This document shows, piece by piece, positions 37,471 to 46,823 of a stretch of DNA of 64,000 nucleotides (its first letter is position 1; every line of letters begins with the position of its first letter). The stretch spans positions 1,550,001 through 1,614,000 of the forward strand of contig OZ025780.1 in the NCBI GenBank assembly GCA_964019425.1, in the 5' to 3' direction. The notes under the pieces were generated by a model that was not told the DNA's origin, did no database searches, and saw only the letters and a program-made list of their open reading frames with translations. Source of the stretch: Flectonema sp. DT1601. Taxonomy: Eukaryota. A program made the position numbers and the translations under genes.

Positions 37471-38616
37471 ATGCAGATCACGATAGCCTACCCAGATTTA
37501 GATCTTCCGCTCACTTCATTTATCGTAGGCGCTGACACTCTTGTCAGAGATGTGCTGACTGCGGTTTCTGAAGAATGGGAATTAGAAGCAGAGGATGTTG
37601 AGTTGTCGTTCGCAGGTGAAGTGCTGTCAGAGAATACTATTTTAACTTCTCACGGAATTAATTCAAATTCTGAATTGGAAATATCAAAAAAGAGGTATCG
37701 GTTCTTACGTAAAGAATGGTTTGAAGACGATGCAATGAGGGAAACCCTCCGAACATGGTATGCTGGCAGCAGAGATAATTTTATATATTTTGACACTCCG
37801 ACATTCACTGAAAATGGTACTATCAATCTCGATTACAGGATGCTACCACAAGAGTTCGATCGACTTTCGTTTTGTAAAACCTGTCCTGAAGTTAGATCTA
37901 TAGGTGAATGCTTTCTTTGGGATGGAACCTCAATAAGAGAATTAGACTTATCAGGTCTGAGTAGTGTGACTGTGGTTGATCATACTTTTCTTTATCACTG
38001 TACGTCTATTACGAGTCTCGACTTATCAAGTTTTAGTAGAGTTACTACTATAGGCGATGAATTCCTTTATCACTGCTCGTCGTTAACAAAACTTGACCTA
38101 GCAGGTCTGACTTGTGTGAATAACATTGGAGATGAGTTTCTTTATAGCTGTAGTCGTTTGGTTAATCTCAACTTAGAGAGCTTTAGTAGTGTTGTTGTTG
38201 TTGGAAATGGATTTCTGGGAAATTGTAAATCAATTACCGCTCTTGATCTTAAAAATTTAAATAATATAACAACAATTGGTGATGAGTTCCTTTTCAATTG
38301 TACTTCACTAACTGAGCTTGACTTGTCAGGTCTTAGCAGTGTAGTAGTGATTGGAGATGAATTCCTATGTCATTGCAGCTCCATTACCGCAATTGATGTG
38401 ACAGGCTTGGGTAGTTTTACAACTATCGGAAATGCATTTCTCAGTTGCTGCACCTCAATAAGAGACCTAAACTTAACAGGTCTTAGCAACGTCGAACATA
38501 TGGGGAATAGTCTGTTCCTTGAATGTGATGCTCTGCAGTCACTTCAGGTGTCAGAAAAAAATCGTTCTCTTTTTATTCAAAATTCTGAAGTAGCCAGAGA
38601 TCTCCTCTGCGGTTAA
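37471..38616 (+). CDS. Ubiquitin-like N-terminal domain plus 26-residue leucine-rich repeat protein (BspA-like repeats)
   Basis: N-terminal Ubl-like L.FAGE.L....L..HGI....EL pattern. About 9 repeats of LDLSGLS.V..IGD.FL..C.S. Confidence 0.85.
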   Translation: MQITIAYPDLDLPLTSFIVGADTLVRDVLTAVSEEWELEAEDVELSFAGEVLSENTILTSHGINSNSELEISKKRYRFLRKEWFEDDAMRETLRTWYAGSRDNFIYFDTPTFTENGTINLDYRMLPQEFDRLSFCKTCPEVRSIGECFLWDGTSIRELDLSGLSSVTVVDHTFLYHCTSITSLDLSSFSRVTTIGDEFLYHCSSLTKLDLAGLTCVNNIGDEFLYSCSRLVNLNLESFSSVVVVGNGFLGNCKSITALDLKNLNNITTIGDEFLFNCTSLTELDLSGLSSVVVIGDEFLCHCSSITAIDVTGLGSFTTIGNAFLSCCTSIRDLNLTGLSNVEHMGNSLFLECDALQSLQVSEKNRSLFIQNSEVARDLLCG

Positions 38617-39567
38617 ATGATCGTTTTTTTTTATTTTTTTATTTTCCTATTTTTTAATTTTTTTTCGTACCAATATATGGTCGTAGTAGTTGAAGAATGT
38701 ATTCAGATTGAAAGCCATTCTTATGGTCAAAGATCCCCCATGCGATGAGATTTATATCTAAATAAAAGGCGTGTTAATCTGAATGATTTGTGATTTCATT
38801 TCTCTCTTCGTGTGTTTTTTTTAATTTCATTTGTTGTTGTTCACTCCTTTTCTCTTTGAGATATGGTTAGTTAGACAGGACATTCTAATGTTATTACGTC
38901 GTCATCAATGTTTGATCTTGAACCTGAATATTACTTGAGCAACTTTCTTTTATCTTTCCAGTTCCCTGACTTCGTTAACCAAATAAATAGTTGTCCAGAT
39001 TTAGTGGTAGTTTTACCTCCCCTTTTCAATTTTTTTTTTTTTCTTTTTCTTCCTTAATTTGTTTTTTAAAATTGTACAAACACGTTTTTTGGCTACATAT
39101 TTTAATCAAAAAAAAAAAAAAAAAAAAAAACCATGACGTTGTATTAAAAATGATGGATACATTTTTTATAATAGCGTCTACACTCCGACAAAAAATTGAA
39201 TGCTGGCAATGGTGATTAAACATAAACTTATTCCTTCCGTACTAAAAGATAGTAACAAAATTTCATCGTTAATTATTATTTTTAACAAAAGAGAGTTCCC
39301 TTCCCGTCCAGTCATTGAGAAAAAAAAAAGATTTAAACTCATGGAAATCTTTTATCCATTCGAAATTCTTTTTTATTTTTGAACGATTTTGTTACTAAAT
39401 AAGAAAAAAACACTCGACGGAAATATAAAATGACTGGAGTGGAGATTTTTATGTCATTCGGGGGATTCTTTGTGAGTTTTGTTTTGTTTGGTACACCAGT
39501 TGTGTTTTTATAAATAATAAAAAAACTCTTTTCGTCTACAGACACATCCAATTACATAAACAAAAAT

Positions 39568-40530
39568 ATGAAGACCGCCGCCGCCCTCGCTCTTATCGCG
39601 TCCGCTTCATCCCTTCCGTTGGGCTACATCAACAACAATGAAGCACTTCTTTGGAAGAACTTCAAGGAGTCATACAACAAGAAGTACAGCGGAGTTGATG
39701 AACCAAAGAGAAGAACCATCTTCATGGAGAACATGAGAAAGGGATCTTCGTTGGAGAAGTCGAACCCTGGATGTGAATTCGGAATGAACATCTACACTGA
39801 CTTGTCGAGTGAGGAATTCAAAGTTTACCACAACCTGAACATGCCAGTCGAGGAGAGCCCTGCTCGTAAGTACACTGCGGCTGATGTCGAGGCTAACGTC
39901 GATGCGGTGGACTGGAGAACCAAGGGAGCAGTGACCCAAGTGAAGAACCAGGCACAGTGTGGATCTTGTTGGTCGTTCTCGACTACCGGAGGTATTGAGG
40001 GACAGTGGAAACTTGCGGGTCACGACCTCGTTTCACTGTCAGAGCAGGAGTTGGTATCATGTGACAAGACTGATGCTGGATGTGGAGGAGGATGGCAATA
40101 CCAAGCCATGCAGTGGTTACTCGACAACCACAGTGGTGGTATTGTTACTGAGGAAGAGTACCCATACACCTCTGGAGAGGGAAGAGTTGCGGAGTGCAAG
40201 GACGTGTCTTCAATGAAGGTCGGAGCCACGATCAAGGGATACAAGAAGCTCGCTCACAGTGAGGATGAGATGGCTGTGTTCGTTGGTAAGAACGGACCTC
40301 TCTCGATTGCCCTTGACGCGAGCTCGTTCCAGACCTACACTGGAGGAATCCTGTCCAACTGTGATGGAAAGACCCTCGACCACGCTGTCTTAATTGTTGG
40401 ATATGCTCCAGGATACTGGATCGTAAAGAACTCTTGGGGAGCAAACTGGGGAGAGAGTGGATACATCAGAATCGCTAGAGGAAGCAACCAGTGTGGACTT
40501 GACCTCGCCCCAGTTACTTCAGAAATCTAA
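39568..40530 (+). CDS. Papain-family (C1A) cathepsin L-like cysteine protease with signal peptide and I29 prodomain
   Basis: QAQCGSCWSFS (catalytic Cys), LDHAVLIVGY (His), YWIVKNSWG (Asn) and DWR..GAVT.VK. Confidence 0.96.
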   Translation: MKTAAALALIASASSLPLGYINNNEALLWKNFKESYNKKYSGVDEPKRRTIFMENMRKGSSLEKSNPGCEFGMNIYTDLSSEEFKVYHNLNMPVEESPARKYTAADVEANVDAVDWRTKGAVTQVKNQAQCGSCWSFSTTGGIEGQWKLAGHDLVSLSEQELVSCDKTDAGCGGGWQYQAMQWLLDNHSGGIVTEEEYPYTSGEGRVAECKDVSSMKVGATIKGYKKLAHSEDEMAVFVGKNGPLSIALDASSFQTYTGGILSNCDGKTLDHAVLIVGYAPGYWIVKNSWGANWGESGYIRIARGSNQCGLDLAPVTSEI

Positions 40531-41179
40531 TTTGGGGGATTCGTGTTTGTTTTATTTGAATATCTTGGTCTCGATCAAAAGAAGTGATGAGCGCATCTAC
40601 ACACCAATGTACCAAAATGAAGTTCTTGTGTTTTGATTGTGTTATCTGTTTTATTATATTGTACTTCAAAATGTTTTAAAGTATTGTCAGCATTCTTTTT
40701 ATTATAATTTAGTTTCCATTCTTTCCTTTCGGGGAAGTTTGAAGAAATCGTGTGACCAATTTTTGTTTCCCTCTCTTCGTTTGCAAGTGATAATTGTGTT
40801 TGTGATCTCAATTGTGTAGATCAAGTTATCACTGTCATCCTATCGATTTAGGAACGGTCGGCAAATTATTGTTTTTTTTTTTTGAAACCAGCGTGCTTTT
40901 TTTGAAAACCAAACCTTTTGAGTTGTTAGCCGCAGTTTGTTGTCTGTTGGTGAGCATCACTCTTGTTCTTACTTTACGAGTAATGAAATTAATTCCTTTT
41001 GTATTCTGAAGACATCAAAAGTTAGTAACTTCCCTCTTCAGAACAGTACTCAGTTCACTCTTGACGAGAAAATGAAAAATGGATATGGGAGTAGTTCTTT
41101 TTAGTTTTCCTTTCAGAGTAAAACAATTTTCCTTTTATCAGATTTTAACGAGAAGGAATAAAAGCATGCTGACAAAGCG

Positions 41180-41647
41180 ATGAGTAAAACAATATCGTTA
41201 TCGAGAATTGCAAGTGAGACTGTCGTACCGCCATCGACACCGACAGTGACGACAACACTTCAAGTTGTTGCAAAACCAGATCACAACCCTCGCAAGGAGA
41301 AAAATATATTTGAACGCCAATGGCAAGCTTTCGTCGTCGGATCATCTATTCTCTGCTTGATAACAATTATTATTTTAGTTAGTAGAATGAGATCGTTGAG
41401 AAAACCGAAACCTGGATCGATGAACTTTAAAGACTTCAGTGAACAACTAACCAGCCTTGACGATGATGTTCAAGGAGCTCTGTTATTGGAAGAGGGAAAG
41501 GGATCTTCGAAAAAGAAACAGACTGCTGTTGAAGATCGTTCTGGAATGTCAATTCCGCTCTCATCAATTTGCACTTCAGATGTAAATAAATCCGACGAGT
41601 CTGTGAAATACTCCTTCTCAAGTAAAAGTGCGAAAAGATATACTTAA
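41180..41647 (+). CDS. Hypothetical single-pass membrane protein
   Basis: 155-aa ORF with a Thr/Pro-rich N-terminus, one TM segment (AFVVGSSILCLITIIILV) and a basic stop-transfer stretch. Confidence 0.65.
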   Translation: MSKTISLSRIASETVVPPSTPTVTTTLQVVAKPDHNPRKEKNIFERQWQAFVVGSSILCLITIIILVSRMRSLRKPKPGSMNFKDFSEQLTSLDDDVQGALLLEEGKGSSKKKQTAVEDRSGMSIPLSSICTSDVNKSDESVKYSFSSKSAKRYT

Positions 41648-42304
41648 ATAAAGTGATTGTGATATTAAAATTTCTTTTTGGTGAAATTGACAACGCGTTC
41701 TTAACTGGATGCGTTTATTAGGAAAAGTCTTGATGGGTTTTTAGTCTTCCTTCTTCTCCTTCTTCCAAATGTTAATTTTTTTCTTTTTTGAAAACTGCGA
41801 AACTTTCTCAATTCGCATTTTAAAAAAGAAAGATGGAATCTGTTTTTTTTTCTTTTTTTTTCTTAAAGTTATAACAAAAAATCATTGTTTGATAGAAGTG
41901 CAACTAACCCAGGATTTTGTATTGGTAGCAGAAAGCAAAAAAAAAAAAAACATTAAAAAATTGTGAGAATAAATGTATAAAGTGGAGTTGGTGGCTGATA
42001 TTTTTTTTTTTTTTTTTGTGTCGGATGTGATTTAAAAAAAAAGAAAAGGTACAGCGGCAACATAAAAGTCAGTTATGCTGTTGAATTGAAAAAAATTGAC
42101 GTAGCTGGTATTTTTTGACTGCAAGAAAATCATGTTTGATGCAAAGAAAAAAAAATACAACAATCTGTTCGGTGGAACTGATACTCATATCCTGAAAAAA
42201 ATTAGCAGCACGTATGGAGCAGCATGTTTACAGTTTGTTATTTTTTTTTTACAACAACAAAAAAAAAAAATCAAAACAATTGTCCATCCTGTTGTTGATT
42301 TATT

Positions 42305-43445
42305 TCCTTCCCTGACTTCGATAAATGAATGTTTGTTCTTATTATAAATTTAGAATTATATGAATTCGCCTCCCGCTCTCAGTCCCTTTCAATTTTGTGA
42401 TTTGTGTTTCTGCTATCTTTGCGATGTTTTGACTGCACATATATAACAATATGTGTGCCTTCATTTCTTACTGTCATTGGTATGAGTATGGAATTTATCG
42501 ATACTGCTTGTTGGCCTTTTTCGATTTTGAATGTTATATTTTGTAACGTTAAAACTATTATCCACTCACCCCCCATCCACCTTCACTTTTTCTTTTTTTT
42601 TTTTTTTTAAATACACTGACGAAGTCGGAGAAGAAACTATTTCAGATTTAAAAGCCCGTTTTATTAATTATGTTCAAAATGTTATCTATTTTTTTTTTTT
42701 TTTTCCTGTCGGTATTTACTGTTTTTGCGATGTAACAAAATAAAGGCTTTTTTATCTGAATAGTTTTTTTTATTTTTTTTTATAGTTCTTTAATGAGTAT
42801 TCATTTCCAGAAGGTTTTAGTCTCATCAGGCTTTGACTTCCCTGACTTCGATAAATGAATATTTATTATTATAATTATGAATTGCCCGCTCTCAGTCCTT
42901 TTCAATTTATTGATATATAGAAATTAGTTCCTATTTCGTGTTGTTTTGTAAAATTGGGGGATGCTACTCTTCCTTGTGGACTGTCTACCTTTGATGTCTG
43001 TGTGTACTTTTTTTTTTTTTTTTTTTGGCAAACCTGTTTGACGCTTAAAAAAAAAAAAAAAAATGTATTGCTTTTCTGTAAAAAAAAGGGGTGCCCAGCT
43101 TGTACTCTGATCTCTCGTGTAGGGTCACCTTTCCTTTCCCCTTTTTCCTTTTTTCCACCCCTCGAAAAGTTTTGCCGTTGCGATTCGCTCTTTTCCCAAA
43201 TTGGGTGGCCTGCGTCGGTTAAAAAAAAAAAAAAAAACTGCTTGTTCTCACGCATGCTATTTTGGTGTTGCGTCAAAAACCAACTTTCTCAGCACTCAGA
43301 TTCTTTCCCTCCTCTTTGAATGAATATTCACTTCAGGTAAGTTATAGTTTCATCAAGCTTGACTTCCCTGGGTTCGGTATGAATATTTGTTAATTTATAA
43401 TTCAAACTATGAATTGCCTGCTCTCAGTTCCTTTCAATTTATTGA
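42305..43445 (+). repeat. Three diverged copies of a ~100-bp local repeat (about 42305, 42835, 43360)
   Basis: cttccctgacttcgataaatgaat...tatgaatt..ccgctctcagtccctttcaattt recurs three times. Separately, 42620-42765 is similar to 44270-44440. Confidence 0.75.
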
Positions 43446-43974
43446 TTTCAAACAACTTTTACGGTTTTGTGGTACAAATTATTAATTGGTTTAAGGAAGG
43501 TAATTATTTTTTCTTGTGTTTCTACTCTCATGTGTGTAAGTGATTTACTTCCTAATGTTCTCATTCCCCTTGTCTGGGTGAGTCATATCTGTTTCTGTTC
43601 TTTTCGTCCGCTTTTTATTTTATTTTATTGTTTTTTTTTTTTTTTTGACCACAGACCCTGTTTTCTTATCTTCCGACGTATGATTCAGGTGGGCGTTGTC
43701 TCAGTAGACTCCGTCACTTTTTATTTATTATTTTTTTAAAAAACTCCGTTCTTGACGCTTTGCTGCGTACGCGGTGCCAAAACAGGAAGTACTCCTGTCG
43801 TGTGGAATGGTCTTGTGTTTTGGGAGATGACATTTATGTATTTTTCTTATCCACAAGACGACGGGGGAGGCCCAATTTTCTAAGATAGATTCTAGCAGAC
43901 TCGAAGAAAAACTAAAACTACACTGAAGTATGTTTCTTCCCGTGATTTTTAAAAAAAATCAAACGAAAATAAAA

Positions 43975-44148
43975 GAATTTGCTTTATCTTAAAACTATAC
44001 AGAAAATAGTAATATAACAACTGTGATGTTTTTGTTTGTGTACGAAACCGTAAACCGACTTAAACTGATAAAGCTAAAAGGAGGTTTACGTGTGCTGCCA
44101 AACATTCCTTTTCGTTCTTACAATACTTGTTAAATGCAAAAAAAAAAA
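43975..44148 (+). repeat. Dispersed ~165-bp poly(A)-tailed repeat (SINE-like); other copies at 48152-48325 (-), 60457-60620 (+) and partial 63681-63743
   Basis: Shared gctttatcttaaactatacagaaaatagtaat...cgaaaccgtaaacc...ggaggtttacgtgtg...tacttgttaaatgc followed by an A run. Confidence 0.8.
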
Positions 44149-45258
44149 CTTAATTACAATATGGAAATATAATAACAGAGAGTGCCATTTCCTTTCCTTT
44201 CCTCTTTCCTCTTTCCTCTTTTTTTTTTTTTTTTTTTCCAATTTTTTTTTATTTTCTAATACAACGATAGAAATCGGAGAAGAAACTATTCATATTTAAA
44301 AAAAGCCGTTTTATTTATTATGTTCAACATTTCAAAATATTATCTATTTTTTTTTTTTTTTTTCATTTGTGGTCAGTTATTACTGTTTTTGCGATGTAAC
44401 AAAAAAAAAAATATAAAGGCTTTTTTTATCTGAATTGGTTTTTTCTTTCTTTTCTTTCTTTCTTTCTTTTTTTGATCAATTTAAAAAAACAAAAAAATCG
44501 CATCGTGTGGCAATGTCAGTGCCTTTGGTTAACGTTAGGTAAAGTTTTTACCTTCTTAAACGCCAGTTGCTCAAATAAAAAGCAACAAGACAACATAAAA
44601 ATTTTAATTCGCTCATTTTACTTTTTTTTTTCTTCTTTTCCTTTTTAAGAATTACCCCCTTATCTTTTAGATTCTCTGGGAAAACCATGAGTGAATTGAA
44701 GGGAGAGGGGTGAGTTTTTATTTTTTTTTAATTTTTATATTAAATATTCAAACCATCGGGTAGCAATCCTCACGTTGGAACGAATTGTATACAACCATGT
44801 GTTTGCTTTACAAGCACTTCAATACCATTAACCAGCCAAGCATGTATAAAATAAAATAAAATAAATTCGGTTCTTAGGCTAGCTTTCTATGTAGTGAAGG
44901 AAAGTAAAGTATAGCAGGAACCTTCAAGCTGGACCACTTTCCTAGTTTTTTTGATCTTCTTTCGTTTGGTGATATGTTGGGATTACGTGTTTACTATGTG
45001 ATCACTACCGATACCGAAAATAAAAGGGAGGAAACAAAACAAAAAACGAGAAAAAAAAAAAAAAAAAAAAAAGGGCAACTTTTTTTTAGATTGATTCCTT
45101 CGTTTTTTGATGGACGTTCAACTGCAGCAAAGGCATTTTATGTTTTTTTTTTTAAATATGAAAACAACCAGTTAAAAACAAAAACAAAAATATCGAAAAA
45201 AAAAAATGAGACTTAATGATTGACAGATGGAAATAGCACCTTATAAGAAGTCTTAGGC

Positions 45259-46548
45259 ATGATTCACCCCCGAAGCGAAATGGAAGAGGATGAGGAAGTT
45301 AGATTTTCTGTCTTGTTTTCATCAAAAACTAATTTGCTTCGTAAGGAGAATGGAAAAACGATTTTTGTTGAAAATCCTCTGCCGGTGGTATTAAAACCAA
45401 AGCCTCCGAAGTGTAGTTTAAAACAAATTTCCCAAAGACGAATTCAAAGAAAGACTGTACCACCATCTACAGAGACAAAAATATTTTCAAAAAAATCTGG
45501 AATCGTCTTTCCGATAATGAATAAACAAAAACAACTACACGAGATCATAAATTCTATTATCGTCGGGGATACGGCAAAACTACAAGCAGCTGAAGAACAA
45601 AAAAAAACAACTGACCACCTCCTCCAACGATATCTAAAAGGAGGAAAGCGTGTCATATTCATCGAGGATGTTCTATCAGAGAAAAAACGTTTAAAAGAAG
45701 AAAGACAACTCGTTGACAATTTGAGCAACATCAAGAAAAGACGTGAGAGGATTGAAGCAATCGGTGATAAGACTTTTTTAGACTTAATACAGACGGTTCC
45801 AGCAGTAGAAAGCGATGAAGAGGAAGACGTAGATGATGACATATTACGAAATCAAAAAACAGGAATTGATTACAGAAGTACTGCGATCTTTAGATCTTCT
45901 CAAGTTGGGTTCCCAGCAACGTCATTGTCGTCGGCAGTCCAGCTTCCGGGTGACTTTCCTTATTTTAATATCCTTCACAGTGAAATGACTACGAGAAAAG
46001 GTAACAAATCTGTCAGACATTCAATGAGCGACACTGTTTGTGAATCCATAGATCTTCCTCCTCCTTCAACCCATCCACTTGATCTTAGCTGTCTACCAAT
46101 GTGGAACACAGATAATAGTGGTACCATGGGTGTCCCTTATAGCGTTGCGGCAACTCAAAGAAAAAGACGCAAAGAAACAGCTGCTAAAGAATTTCATAAT
46201 AAAATAAAGAGAGGAACTATTCTTAGACGACGTAAGATAGAAAGGGCAAGGATAAAACAAGAACAAGTTGTTCAAAGGAAATCATTACTGAAGAAGAAGG
46301 AAGAAGAAGAAGAAGAAGAAGAGGAGGGTGTTGCAAATGAAGAAGTGATAAAAGCATCTAATCAGGAGGAGTTGACTCCAGTTCCTCCACAGCCGGTGAC
46401 CTATCAAATTCTAAGTCATAATGGTAGTCCTAATAAAATTAAATCAGAGACAGGAATATCAAACCAAGACACTGAAACAGATGAATCAACTGCTTCTTCT
46501 AGTTCTCAAGAAATTCAAACCTACGGAACATTCCCGAGAGGAATATAA
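45259..46548 (+). CDS. Hypothetical protein (basic/acidic, coiled-coil segments)
   Basis: 429-aa uninterrupted ORF on the gene-cluster strand. No family recognised. Confidence 0.75.
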   Translation: MIHPRSEMEEDEEVRFSVLFSSKTNLLRKENGKTIFVENPLPVVLKPKPPKCSLKQISQRRIQRKTVPPSTETKIFSKKSGIVFPIMNKQKQLHEIINSIIVGDTAKLQAAEEQKKTTDHLLQRYLKGGKRVIFIEDVLSEKKRLKEERQLVDNLSNIKKRRERIEAIGDKTFLDLIQTVPAVESDEEEDVDDDILRNQKTGIDYRSTAIFRSSQVGFPATSLSSAVQLPGDFPYFNILHSEMTTRKGNKSVRHSMSDTVCESIDLPPPSTHPLDLSCLPMWNTDNSGTMGVPYSVAATQRKRRKETAAKEFHNKIKRGTILRRRKIERARIKQEQVVQRKSLLKKKEEEEEEEEEGVANEEVIKASNQEELTPVPPQPVTYQILSHNGSPNKIKSETGISNQDTETDESTASSSSQEIQTYGTFPRGI

Positions 46549-46823
46549 GTTAACCTTACGCAAACTTGATTACTACTCTCGGAAGTCAAGCATTTGCCGT
46601 TTTTTTTTATCCCCTTTCCCGCGAAAATATTTCTTTTTCGACTTCTTATCGTCAGCTGTAGGCGACTATTCCAACCATCGGATGTGTTTTTACAAACAAA
46701 TCGACGATATTTGATGATTAAAGTTTACCTAAACAGTGAATAATATATTAAATAATTTATTCATTTTCAACAGAAACAAACAAATGTGACTTTCTCAGTA
46801 CGCTGGGTAAGATGACGTAAAGA

